DNA from: Clostridia bacterium
GTDB lineage: Bacteria; Bacillota; Clostridia; TANB77; CAG-508
Length of the DNA stretch: 64,000 nt
Assembly: GCA_017456555.1 (NCBI GenBank)
Contig: JAFTJF010000003.1
Coordinates: forward strand, 64,404 to 128,403
Direction of reading: 5' to 3'
Part shown: positions 1 through 9,225 of the stretch, in pieces
Numbering within the stretch: position 1 is the stretch's first letter
Layout of the letters: each line of letters opens with the position of its first letter
Program-made: the position numbers and the translations under genes
Notes under the pieces: model-generated
Told to the model about the DNA's origin: nothing
Databases searched by the model: none
The model's input: only the letters and a program-made list of their open reading frames with translations

Positions 1-474
1 AGTTCTAACATTTATTTCTGAAATTTTTAGTTCTTTTGAAATTTCTTTTGTAGTTTTAGAATAATAATAAAACATAGTAATAATTTTAATATCAATTTCT
101 TTTAATCCGTTGATACACTGTACTATAAATTCATTTTCAGATATATCATTTTTCATAATTTCAAAATCACTTGCAATATTTTCACATTCTGTTAAATCGT
201 ATGTGATTTTTCTTTTTCTTAATCGCTCTTTAACTAAAATTCTTGTAACACCTGCAATGTATGATTCAACAGAAGTTTGTATTTTACATTGATTTTTCCA
301 TAAAATAAAAAAAGCATCAGACAAAATCTCTTCTTTATCTTCATAGTTTAAGGTATTCATCGCCATATTATTAATTATTGTTCTTATATATGGTTCAAAA
401 TCATTCATTATTCTATCTAAATCTAATTCATTATTATTTTGATACTCATATATTAAGTGTTTTGTTTGGCTCAT
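1..474 (-). CDS. ECF-type sigma-70 family sigma factor, C-terminus cut by the window edge
   Basis: Absent from the ORF track because it runs off the window. Manual translation gives MSQTKHLIYEYQNNNELDLDRIMNDFEPYIRTIINNMA..SDAFFILWKN..YIAGVTRILVKERLRK..ITMFYYYSKTTKEISKELKISEINVRT. This is a clear paralog of 36879..37433 and 38285..38833. GGAG at 481..484 lies 6 nt upstream of the ATG at 474. Confidence 0.75.
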   Translation of the reverse strand, partial: MSQTKHLIYEYQNNNELDLDRIMNDFEPYIRTIINNMAMNTLNYEDKEEILSDAFFILWKNQCKIQTSVESYIAGVTRILVKERLRKRKITYDLTECENIASDFEIMKNDISENEFIVQCINGLKEIDIKIITMFYYYSKTTKEISKELKISEINVRT

Positions 475-638
475 CATCTTCTCCTTTTATAAGATATCTT
501 ACATATACATAATGTCTTAAATTATAAAAAATGTTGCACTTTTTATAAATTTTATCATAAAAATAAACCCTCCTTATTAAACTTTTTTGTCTAATAATTT
601 GGGTTCACTTCATTCCAAACTAATCTTTAAATTATAAT

Positions 639-1850
639 TTATTTAACATTATCTAAAATTTCATCATCTAAAACTTTTACTGCTTGTTTTTTATCTTTTC
701 TTGAATAATACTTTTTACGTATTGTTTCTTGAATATCTACTGAACTTTTTCTTTCTTCTAAATCTTTCAATTCACTACTTAATAATCTAACAATATCTTC
801 TCTTGAAAATCCGGATTGAAGCGGACTGTCTTCTGGCTTTAAGGCTCTCATTCTTCTTACTAATTCTTCAGATTCTTCATAAGCAAATTCATCTTCAATT
901 CTAGATGCTTCATTAAATTCCCTTGAGTCTATTAAGTTAGATATTTTATCTTTTATTAAAATATCTTCTTGCACTTTAAAAGGAGCAATTCCGAATTTAG
1001 TTCTTTGTTCTTCTGTTAAAAGGTCAGCATTTAATTCAAGAAGTAATATTGCAACCATTTTTACTTTTTCTTCATACTCATCCCAAGAATACTCTCCTGC
1101 TTTCTCTTTCATTCTCATTTTATATTCAGGAAATATAAGTCTTTTCTCTTTTAATTCACTTGCTCTCGTTTGCATAAACTCTACATATTCATCTATTTGT
1201 TCTTTAACAGGTTTAGCATATTCAAGAATTTGCTCTCTTGTAGCGTCCTTAGCAGCATTACATTTTAACAAATCTTCATCTCCTGCTTTACCTAGAGAAT
1301 AAACTAATCTTGACAAATCTATATATTTTTCTAGTCCATCTACTACTCTTGTTAAACCAAAATATCCTCTTGAATTATCAAGTTTTTCTCCAACAGCATC
1401 AATACTATCATACCCTAACATTTTTAAGGCTACATTTAAATAAAGTTTTCTAAGCTCAAAAATTTCATGTGTTGGAAGATTTCTTTTTTGATAATTTTTA
1501 ACTTCTTGTGAAATATTATATAACATTATAGCTGTATCGTTTAAAACTCCTGCATTAGGACGATCAGGATTAAAAGGTTCATCCATATATTGTATTCCTC
1601 GAGTCATATCGTTAGCCCAAGATAGTATCCCATTATCTTTAAGCCACATATGAAAATAATAGTCTATACAATCATCTTGTGTAGACGTAAATCTCCATCC
1701 TCTATCTTCAAGTACAATACTTTCTCTAAACTCGCTTCCTCTAGTTCCCCATCTTATTGGCATATCAATATATACCGAACCAGATTTTCCAATTCTTGCT
1801 TTTATTAAATCCCATCCATATTCAAATTCAAACACTTCCATTTTTAACAT
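639..1850 (-). CDS. hypothetical cytoplasmic protein (403 aa), acidic and coiled-coil-rich C-terminal half
   Basis: Long ORF with an AGAAAGG RBS upstream. No family recognised and no TM segment or signal peptide. Confidence 0.55.
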   Translation of the reverse strand: MLKMEVFEFEYGWDLIKARIGKSGSVYIDMPIRWGTRGSEFRESIVLEDRGWRFTSTQDDCIDYYFHMWLKDNGILSWANDMTRGIQYMDEPFNPDRPNAGVLNDTAIMLYNISQEVKNYQKRNLPTHEIFELRKLYLNVALKMLGYDSIDAVGEKLDNSRGYFGLTRVVDGLEKYIDLSRLVYSLGKAGDEDLLKCNAAKDATREQILEYAKPVKEQIDEYVEFMQTRASELKEKRLIFPEYKMRMKEKAGEYSWDEYEEKVKMVAILLLELNADLLTEEQRTKFGIAPFKVQEDILIKDKISNLIDSREFNEASRIEDEFAYEESEELVRRMRALKPEDSPLQSGFSREDIVRLLSSELKDLEERKSSVDIQETIRKKYYSRKDKKQAVKVLDDEILDNVK

Positions 1851-2053
1851 CCTTTCTAAAATTATTAACTAATTTTCCTTATTTAATTACTTTTCAATTG
1901 CTTGTTTTTTAAGCTATAACTCATTCATTTTTTTAATCATTCAAATATAATTTTAAGACATTTAATAATACATTTAAACATGCGTATAATTTCATTTTCA
2001 CTATGTTCTGAATCCATTTTCCAACCTTCTCTTTCCTCTTTTTTATATAAAAA

Positions 2054-2087
2054 AGACATACTTAGTACTCTTGTACTAAATATGTCT
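2054..2087 (-). terminator. intrinsic terminator hairpin H2 (second of a tandem pair)
   Basis: AGACATA-CTTAGTAC-TCTT-GTACTAAA-TATGTCT stem-loop, followed on the minus strand by a T-run (2041..2053). Confidence 0.5.
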
Positions 2088-2123
2088 CTTGACAAATATT
2101 ATTTCCCTATAAAACAAAAAACT

Positions 2124-2158
2124 GAGACCTTATTAGTACCTTTGTACTAGTAAGTCTC
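2124..2158 (-). terminator. intrinsic terminator hairpin H1 closing a short promoter-proximal transcript
   Basis: GAGAC..TTAGTAC-CTTT-GTACTA..GTCTC stem-loop, followed on the minus strand by TTTTTTGTTTT (2111..2123). Its inner stem is paralogous to that of H2. Confidence 0.55.
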
Positions 2159-2243
2159 ATATTTTAAAATAGCACCAGGTTTTGTTTCCGCAAATTGTTG
2201 ATGCTATTCCATATTTCTATGGTTATTACTCCCCTACAAGCTC

Positions 2244-2272
2244 ATTATAACACGTCTTCGCTTTTATGTCAA
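2244..2272 (-). promoter_or_regulatory. consensus sigma-A promoter (TTGACA-17-TATAAT) on the minus strand
   Basis: The reverse complement reads TTGACA (2272..2267), a 17-nt spacer, then TATAAT (2249..2244). It lies downstream of the weak terminator of the DUF3841 gene (about 2320..2350). Confidence 0.6.
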
Positions 2273-2354
2273 CCATTTTGCATTTTTCATTTTACATACT
2301 TTTACTTTACTCATAAATCTCAAAAGAAAAAAACACCTTATCCGGCGTTTTCTC

Positions 2355-2897
2355 TTATCTTGATATAAAATGGTGTACTTTTTTTATTTGTTCTTTCTTT
2401 AATTCCCAAAAGGTGATTTGAGCTCTTTCTCTATCTGCCGGAATCTCACTATAAATAAATCCTTCCCAGCTTTTTTCAAGAGCGTTAGTATAGTCATCGC
2501 CTCTTAATAAGCAAAATTCTCTATACACCTCTTCCCACTCATCATCGTCCTCAATATCAAAAAACGGAAAATGATTAAGTGCACAGTGCCAATTACCATA
2601 ATCTGTGATAAAAATATCTTTTTCATCTATTTCAAATTCAATTCTCACACATTTCTTTCCACTAGCACACCAACAAGATTTTCTTAGATCAGGTTTAAAT
2701 GCCCATGCCCACACTGGATATTCGACTCCTTCTGGAGCATTTCCAATTTTGTCCTTCATCTTTTTTACTAGCCAAGCATAAGCAATTCTAAAGCGTTCTG
2801 ATTCTAAGTGTACTGACTTACTACCATCACAACGGTATTTACCCTCTGTAATAATAGTGTTGTATACTGCTTCATCCTGTATTGTCCAAAGTCTCAT
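2355..2897 (-). CDS. DUF3841-like protein
   Basis: The MRLWTIQDEAVY N-terminus and Trp/Cys-rich core resemble the DUF3841 family. It sits in a GC-richer islet. Confidence 0.5.
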   Translation of the reverse strand: MRLWTIQDEAVYNTIITEGKYRCDGSKSVHLESERFRIAYAWLVKKMKDKIGNAPEGVEYPVWAWAFKPDLRKSCWCASGKKCVRIEFEIDEKDIFITDYGNWHCALNHFPFFDIEDDDEWEEVYREFCLLRGDDYTNALEKSWEGFIYSEIPADRERAQITFWELKKEQIKKVHHFISR

Positions 2898-3096
2898 CTG
2901 TTCTATGTCCTCCTGTTAACTTTTAATATTATACCACATTATGTAACCCTTTACAACTTTACATAATCATTTTTCTGTGTTATAATAACTTTCGCAAAAA
3001 TATAGAAAAAACGAAAATATTGGAATATGCAGACTGCATAGCTTTATTTACTCCCTAAGTTATTCTATAGGGAATTCCAATTAGAAAGGGGCTTTT

Positions 3097-3732
3097 ATGC
3101 TTACACGGAAATATGCTTTATTCAAACATTTAAATCCACATGAACTTTCTCCAGAGCAGTTCAAAGAACTGGAAAAAGAAATCAAAAAACCTGATGCAAA
3201 AGTCTACTCAGATCAATATTGTGATTTTCTTCTCTGGTGTAATGGTCATCCTTCTCGCCAAGAATCTTTTGCAGAATTCATTTCTAAAAAACTTTCTAAG
3301 CATCCTGGTGCAAAAATTCTGGAAGTTGGATGTGGAAGAACAGCTCGTCTATCAAGGATTTTGAGTGAAAAAGGTTTTAATATGACCTGTATTGACAAAA
3401 TCGTTGAACCTGATTTGATAAGTGGTGTAAAAGTTATTAAAGGCAAATTTGACTATCGTCACTTTGATTTATCAGATTACGATTTCATTATTGCTCAAGA
3501 ACCTTGCGATGCCACAGAACATGTCGTTCGGGCTTGTACAAATCAGAACAAACCTTTCTTTATGTCGCTTTGTGGCGTTCCTCACAAACTCATATCTGGT
3601 GGGACTCCTAAAACATACGAAGAATGGTACGAGCATCTTTTAAGAGTGTCAAATGGCAGTGCTAAACTCATTTATTTATCACTCGACCCTCTTACAAGAA
3701 CCCCTGTACTAAAAAGCAAGACTGGATTCTAA
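3097..3732 (+). CDS. SAM-dependent methyltransferase-like protein
   Basis: Rossmann motif I ILEVGCGRTARLS followed by an acidic strand (CID). GAAAGGGG RBS. Divergent from the DUF3841 gene. Confidence 0.5.
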   Translation: MLTRKYALFKHLNPHELSPEQFKELEKEIKKPDAKVYSDQYCDFLLWCNGHPSRQESFAEFISKKLSKHPGAKILEVGCGRTARLSRILSEKGFNMTCIDKIVEPDLISGVKVIKGKFDYRHFDLSDYDFIIAQEPCDATEHVVRACTNQNKPFFMSLCGVPHKLISGGTPKTYEEWYEHLLRVSNGSAKLIYLSLDPLTRTPVLKSKTGF

Positions 3733-3787
3733 CGAATCCAGTCTTTTCATTTTTTATATGTCTAATCATCTATTTATTTTTTAGAAA

Positions 3788-4411
3788 CTAAAATCCTTTA
3801 AATTCCGTAATTGGCCACCATCTACAAAGTACAGTTCCTTCTATTTTGTCTAATGGAATACATCCTAACTCTCTGCAGTCTACACTATTTTCTCTATTAT
3901 CTCCCATTGCAAATACATATCCTTCTGGAACAACAAAATCATTGAATACCTCTGAATTTGTCACAACAGATTCTTCTAAGTAGTCTTCTTCAAATAATTC
4001 TCCATTTATATATACTTTTCCACCTTGTATTTGCACATGTGTTCCTTCTAAGGCAATTACTCTTTTTATATAACTAGTTTTTGTAACTTCTAATATGTTA
4101 TATCCAAATTTTTCAAAATTGCTCATTTCTCGTTGAGTGTAAATAGCTCTTGGATCTTCTTGATTGCAATTTTCTTCGTTAAATCCTTTGCTTGGCGCTT
4201 CAAATGTTATTATATCTCCTACTTCTGGTGTTTTATTAGTTATTCTGTGTGTTCTGTTTAATAATAATCTTTGGTTTTCTTTTAAGGTTGGATACATTGA
4301 ACTATGTTTTACTATTGTTGGTGTTCCTATAAAATATCTTATTAAAAATGCTAATATTAATGCTATTATAATACAAATTATCCATTCAAATACTTCTTTT
4401 GCAATATTCAT
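3788..4411 (-). CDS. lepB: signal peptidase I
   Basis: N-terminal TM segment. Ser box SSMYPTL, Lys box YIKRVIALEG and GDNRENSVDCR box. Confidence 0.9.
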   Translation of the reverse strand: MNIAKEVFEWIICIIIALILAFLIRYFIGTPTIVKHSSMYPTLKENQRLLLNRTHRITNKTPEVGDIITFEAPSKGFNEENCNQEDPRAIYTQREMSNFEKFGYNILEVTKTSYIKRVIALEGTHVQIQGGKVYINGELFEEDYLEESVVTNSEVFNDFVVPEGYVFAMGDNRENSVDCRELGCIPLDKIEGTVLCRWWPITEFKGF

Positions 4412-4568
4412 ATATTTTCCTTCTCTTTTTATTTTTTCTATATTTTAAATATTATAATCCATTAGTTGTCAATCATAATATTTTATATTATATCAATAAT
4501 TCAAATTTACTTAAACCTTTTTTTCAATTTTTATTAAAATACTTGCAACAATTTATATATCACGCGCA

Positions 4569-4597
4569 TTGACAAGTTAACATAAATGTTGTAAAAT
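4569..4597 (+). promoter_or_regulatory. sigma-A promoter TTGACA-17-TAAAAT
   Basis: TTGACA at 4569..4574 and TAAAAT at 4592..4597. It lies about 90 nt upstream of the ORF at 4688. Confidence 0.55.
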
Positions 4598-4687
4598 TAT
4601 TTTTATCGAGTGTTAGAAAACTGCACGGTTAAGAACAGTCGATACATAAACTTATCACCAATTAACTAAAAAAGAGAGGTAAGCAAA

Positions 4688-5122
4688 ATGACAGGTGAAA
4701 TGAAAAATGTTAACGAAGCTGAAGAAACTACTCCCGAATTCGAAGAAATTGAGGAAATCAAGAACTTGCAGGCACAAATAAAGAGTTATCGTTGGAACTT
4801 ATTCTTTACTGCACTGATCCTTGTTCTGTTACTTGCATGCATGTTCCAGCAAAAGCTTTTGGCTGATCAGACAGAAAAAGAAGCCTATCTTTTATCTGTA
4901 GTTGTTACAGAATACGAAGATATCTTACTTTACAAGTACGGAACAACTCCAAATCACATTGGCTTGGGAGAATACAGAGATGCTTGGATTAGCAATCCTT
5001 GCTACGAAACAATTTTCTCGTACTATACCAAGCTTTCGGAAGTTGTAGAAATGTTAGAAGATGGTATTTTTCCTGACGAACCCACTAATGATGGCATCTC
5101 AGGAGAAATGCTAGCCGTGTAA
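4688..5122 (+). CDS. hypothetical single-pass membrane protein (144 aa)
   Basis: AGAGAGG RBS, acidic N-terminus and one TM segment (LFFTALILVLLLACMF). Clearly GC-richer than its neighbours, with its own promoter and terminator. Confidence 0.55.
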   Translation: MTGEMKNVNEAEETTPEFEEIEEIKNLQAQIKSYRWNLFFTALILVLLLACMFQQKLLADQTEKEAYLLSVVVTEYEDILLYKYGTTPNHIGLGEYRDAWISNPCYETIFSYYTKLSEVVEMLEDGIFPDEPTNDGISGEMLAV

Positions 5123-5146
5123 TTAAAGAGTAGCTTATACTCTAGA

Positions 5147-5177
5147 AACCTTGTCAACTCAGTTGACAAGGTTTTTC
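5147..5177. terminator. bidirectional intrinsic terminator between convergent genes
   Basis: Perfect 12-bp stem AACCTTGTCAAC-TCA-GTTGACAAGGTT followed by TTTTT. Confidence 0.8.
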
Positions 5178-5810
5178 TTATTTTACTACAATATATTCTT
5201 TGATACTTTCATACTTTTTATCTCCAAATCCACTAACATTTTTTAAGTCTTCTATATTTCTAAAATTTCCATTTTCTTTTCGATAATCAATAATTCTTTG
5301 AGCCAAAGACTCTCCTACTCCTGGTAATTCACAGAGTTCAGCTACTGTTGCTTTATTTAAATTAATTTTTACAGAATTTTTATTTTCCATATTTTCAATA
5401 ATTCCGCTTTCATTTTCTGTAGTTATTATTTCATTTTCTACTTTATTATTTATATTTGGAATGTTTACTTTCATTCCATCTTCAAGGCAATACGCCAAAT
5501 TCACACCACTTATATCGGCATTTACTGTTAGCCCACCTGCTACATTTATTAAATCTTCAATTCTTGCTCCTATTTCTAATTCTTTTACTCCTGGATTATT
5601 AACATCACCAGTTATATATACTTTAATCTTTGAAATTTCTTCATTACCAACCTTATTTTCTACAACTTCTGTTTCATTTGTAAAAATTGTATTTTCATCA
5701 TAATATTCAAATTCATCAATTTCCTTCTTGTACGAAATTATTGTATAAACTACTATTCCAACTATTACTAATATTATTAAAAATATTTTTATCTTTTCTT
5801 TTTTATCCAT
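5178..5810 (-). CDS. comEA: competence protein ComEA (DNA receptor)
   Basis: N-terminal TM segment and SLBB-like segment IKVYITGDVNNPGV. C-terminal tandem helix-hairpin-helix: LNKATVAELCELPGVGESLAQRIIDYR..VSGFGDKKYESIKEY. Confidence 0.85.
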   Translation of the reverse strand: MDKKEKIKIFLIILVIVGIVVYTIISYKKEIDEFEYYDENTIFTNETEVVENKVGNEEISKIKVYITGDVNNPGVKELEIGARIEDLINVAGGLTVNADISGVNLAYCLEDGMKVNIPNINNKVENEIITTENESGIIENMENKNSVKINLNKATVAELCELPGVGESLAQRIIDYRKENGNFRNIEDLKNVSGFGDKKYESIKEYIVVK

Positions 5811-6090
5811 TAATCCTCCTAAACTAAATCTTTATCGTTTCTATAGCCATTCATTATCTATTTTGTTTCTAAAATCTTTATTCTTTAATTTAAATTGTTT
5901 AATATAAATTTCATCATTTATATTATCTAAATATATTTATTTAAAATTTTATTAATATTTTTTCTATTCAAAACCTGTTTTCACCTAGATTTACTACATT
6001 TTTAATATTTTTTACAATTTTTTTACTATTGAATTTTGTCGAATTTTGATATATCATATTTTAGAAATTAAATTTCATGTGAGGAATTTT

Positions 6091-7323
6091 ATGAAACAAA
6101 AATTAAAATTTATTGTACTATTTTTACTGATGTTTATGTGTATTCAAACAAGTACGCTAGCAGCTGATGTAAAAATAAATTCAGAAGCAGGAATTCTGGT
6201 TGAAGTTAGCACTGGTAGAATTCTTTACGAAAAAAATTCTACTAAGCAAATGTATCCTGCAAGTACAACAAAAATTCTAACTGCAATACTTGTTTTAGAA
6301 AATTGCAATTTGACAGATATGGTAACTGTTAGAGAAACAGCATTAGCAAATATTCCAGATGGATATGTTACTTGTAATTTACAAATTGATGAAGAACTTT
6401 CTGTAAAAGATTTGCTTTATGCACTTATGATTCCTTCTGCTAATGACGCAGCTTATGTTTTAGCAGAACATGTTGCAGGTTCTGTTGATGCCTTTTCTAC
6501 AATGATGAATGATAAAGCAAGAGAACTTGGTTGTACAAGCACACATTTTGTTAACCCAAATGGAATTCATGATGATAGTCACTACTCAACTGCTTATGAT
6601 TTATATTTAATTGCAAATTACTGTATGAAAAATGAAACTTTTAGAGAAATTGTTGCAACAACAGAATACACTCTTCCTGCAACAGAAAAATATCCTACAG
6701 CAGATAGAGTTTTGAAAACAACAAATGAATTGATTAAACCTAATTCAAGAGGCTATTTCAAAAATGCAATTGGAATAAAAACTGGTTACACTTCTAAAGC
6801 TGGAAACTGTTTAGTGGCAGGTTCTTCAAGGGATAGTTTAGAATTTATCGCAGTTGTTCTTAATGGTGGTACAACAGATTCTGGTGAAAATGCAAGATAT
6901 GCTGATTCAAAAAAATTATTCAATTATGCTTATGATAATTTTACTTTAACAAAGATAATTGAAAAAGATTCTTTTGTTCAAAGTATTGAAGTTGAAAAAG
7001 GTACAAAAGAAACAAAAAATCTTGATTTAATAATTGATGAAAGCATTACAGTTGTAAATAATAAGTCAATCGATATGAATGATGTTATTCCAGAAATAAA
7101 AATAAATGAAAACATTGAAGCTCCAATTGCAGCAGGGCAAAAACTTGGAACTATAAAATATAAAGTTGATGATATTGAATATAGCGCAAATTTACTTGCT
7201 AAAACAGAAGTTGTTCGAGTTAATTATAGTGTTTATTTCATCATAGCTGGAGTAATTTTACTTTTCATTTCTTTTAAAATGTTAAATTCAAAATCTAAGA
7301 AAAAACGTAAAAAAAGAAAATAA
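6091..7323 (+). CDS. D-alanyl-D-alanine carboxypeptidase (PBP5/DacB-DacF type)
   Basis: Signal peptide, SxxK (ASTTK), SxN (SAND), KTG (KTGYT), C-terminal TM segment and basic tail. Start moved from the track's 6046 to the ATG at 6091, behind a GAGGAA RBS. Confidence 0.9.
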   Translation: MKQKLKFIVLFLLMFMCIQTSTLAADVKINSEAGILVEVSTGRILYEKNSTKQMYPASTTKILTAILVLENCNLTDMVTVRETALANIPDGYVTCNLQIDEELSVKDLLYALMIPSANDAAYVLAEHVAGSVDAFSTMMNDKARELGCTSTHFVNPNGIHDDSHYSTAYDLYLIANYCMKNETFREIVATTEYTLPATEKYPTADRVLKTTNELIKPNSRGYFKNAIGIKTGYTSKAGNCLVAGSSRDSLEFIAVVLNGGTTDSGENARYADSKKLFNYAYDNFTLTKIIEKDSFVQSIEVEKGTKETKNLDLIIDESITVVNNKSIDMNDVIPEIKINENIEAPIAAGQKLGTIKYKVDDIEYSANLLAKTEVVRVNYSVYFIIAGVILLFISFKMLNSKSKKKRKKRK

Positions 7324-7337
7324 TTTTTTGATATTAT

Positions 7338-7370
7338 AAAGACTTGCAAATAAAAATGCAAGTCTTTTTT
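7338..7370 (+). terminator. intrinsic terminator
   Basis: AAAGACTTGCA-loop-TGCAAGTCTTT hairpin followed by a T-run. Confidence 0.75.
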
Positions 7371-7438
7371 ATAATTTACATAGATTTTTTTAAATTATAT
7401 GTTATAATTTAATTATATTTACAAAGGAGTTTTTAATT

Positions 7439-8005
7439 ATGGGTATGGTTTTAGCTTATTTTTTTATAATGTTTATACTTTTTTTCTTTTTCGTAGTACA
7501 TGTATCTTCTTCGAAATATTCAACTTTAGGACTACTAAAAGAAGTATTAAAAGTTCAAGAATTCTCAAATATAAAAACTGTTTATAGTAATTCAAATTTA
7601 GAAATTATTAGAGCAGACAAAAGTGGCGAAAATTATTTATTTGGAGTTAGAAAAGATTCTAAAGGTTTTACTAGTAATAATATAAACGGTTTATACGAAT
7701 ATGCTCAAAAAGCTCACATTCATACAGTTGTAATTGCTACATATTCACCAATAGGAACAACAAGTCCTATTTATAGGTTAATTAGAGAATATGGTATAGA
7801 TGTTTGGGACTATAATAAATTATTAAATTTATGTACAGAATTCGATGCCACATCAGATACTGAATATACAGCATCTGTATTATCTACAAGTGATACATCA
7901 GATGATACCTGTCCTCAAGATAGTTCATTTGATCCCATTCAAGATGTGCATCCAAAAACAACTAGTATTTTTTCTGGATTATTTAATAAACCAGATCGTT
8001 TATAA
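7439..8005 (+). CDS. membrane-anchored protein with a restriction-endonuclease-like (Mrr_cat-like) core
   Basis: N-terminal TM segment. The segment LEIIRADKSGENYLFGVRKD..HTVVIATYSP..YGIDVWDYNKLL resembles the D/E-x-K Mrr catalytic-domain layout. This is a weak call made by eye. Confidence 0.35.
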   Translation: MGMVLAYFFIMFILFFFFVVHVSSSKYSTLGLLKEVLKVQEFSNIKTVYSNSNLEIIRADKSGENYLFGVRKDSKGFTSNNINGLYEYAQKAHIHTVVIATYSPIGTTSPIYRLIREYGIDVWDYNKLLNLCTEFDATSDTEYTASVLSTSDTSDDTCPQDSSFDPIQDVHPKTTSIFSGLFNKPDRL

Positions 8006-8017
8006 ATTTACATATTT

Positions 8018-8056
8018 AAAAAACCTTTTGCTCAAATGCAAAAGGTTTTATTTTTT
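8018..8056. terminator. bidirectional intrinsic terminator
   Basis: AAAACCTTTTGC-TCAAAT-GCAAAAGGTTTT flanked by an A-run and a T-run. Confidence 0.75.
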
Positions 8057-9134
8057 ATATATCTAAACTTTTTATAAGTTCTTTTGTTTCTTTTTTATTA
8101 TGAACAAAAAACCATAAATCATTACACTTTTCTGAAACTCCTGGTAGTTGTTTGCTTACAATAGAATCAATTTCAAATTCTGTTGCAGCTGGAATATAAG
8201 GTTTTAATTCTCTAATTTCTAAATTTGTTTCAACATTAGCAAACACAGCATCTATTATTGTTTTTGCTTTAAATAAATTTTTTACGTTCAAGGTTTGTTT
8301 TATTGTTTCTGTCATAAAAGCTCTTTGTGTTTTCATTCTACCATAATCATTATCTCCATACTCTGCAGGATATGAAGAACCATCATTGTTATGTCTAAAT
8401 CTTAGTAATTGTTCTGCCTTTTCCCCATCAATTTTTTGCATTCCTTTTTCTAAATGAATATGCAAATCTTGAGTTGGGTCATCATAATCCATATCTATTG
8501 GTACCTCAAAATCAACACCACCTATGATATCCACAATTTCTATTAATGCTTGTGTTTTTACTACAGCATAATATTCTACATCTATGCCTGTAATATCCGA
8601 AACAGTTTTTAGTAGTTTTTCGGGGTTTTTAGCATATAATGAATTTATTTTATCATTTCCTTTAGCAGATGCTTTGTTTTTTCCAACAAAAGTATCTCTA
8701 GGAATTGAAATCATTGATGCTGCTTGTGTTTCTGGATTATATGAACACAAAATTATTGTATCTGTAAGTTTTGAACTTATATCTTCGCTTATCCCCAATA
8801 CAAGCACATTTATTGTTTCTAAATCCTCTACGTTTTCCACAGATAATCCCAAAGCTGTGATTAAAGCACCTTTTACTCCTCCACCATTTTCTTCTGTTTT
8901 TTTATAAAATAACACGCCAAAAATTATAAGTAATAATAAAACTAATAAAAATAATTTTGCAAAAAATCTTCTAATTCCACTCTTTTTCTTTTCTTTTTTC
9001 ACTTTTTTGGGCGGTGCTTGCTTTGTTTTTTTCTTTACAACTTTCTTTTCTGCCACATTATCTTGTTCGATTTTTTCATTTTTCTTTTTGTTATTTCTTT
9101 TATTGTTATTTATTCTGTTCAATAATATTCTCAC
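8055..9134 (-). CDS. LCP (LytR-CpsA-Psr) family cell-envelope polymer transferase
   Basis: Lys-rich N-tail and a TM segment. Motifs INVLVLGISED, TDTIILCSYNP and SIPRDTFV. Confidence 0.85.
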   Translation of the reverse strand: MRILLNRINNNKRNNKKKNEKIEQDNVAEKKVVKKKTKQAPPKKVKKEKKKSGIRRFFAKLFLLVLLLLIIFGVLFYKKTEENGGGVKGALITALGLSVENVEDLETINVLVLGISEDISSKLTDTIILCSYNPETQAASMISIPRDTFVGKNKASAKGNDKINSLYAKNPEKLLKTVSDITGIDVEYYAVVKTQALIEIVDIIGGVDFEVPIDMDYDDPTQDLHIHLEKGMQKIDGEKAEQLLRFRHNNDGSSYPAEYGDNDYGRMKTQRAFMTETIKQTLNVKNLFKAKTIIDAVFANVETNLEIRELKPYIPAATEFEIDSIVSKQLPGVSEKCNDLWFFVHNKKETKELIKSLDI

Positions 9135-9225
9135 CTCTATTTTAGTATGTAAAAAAATGTAAATTTAATTCTATTTATCTATAAAAAAAGCTGACATCTT
9201 ATTGTGTCAGCCTTTCATGTTTTTT

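Noticed and set aside
110-292. 60-aa plus-strand ORF at the window start
   Set aside because: It lies antisense within the truncated sigma-factor gene (1..474, minus strand), whose translation is a clear paralog of two other sigma factors in the window.
6046-6090. Upstream extension of the carboxypeptidase ORF (track start 6046), and similar extensions at 39568, 43676, 53754, 60220 and 19344
   Set aside because: The extended N-termini lack an RBS and precede an internal ATG that has a strong SD and a proper signal, TM or domain start. Starts were moved accordingly.
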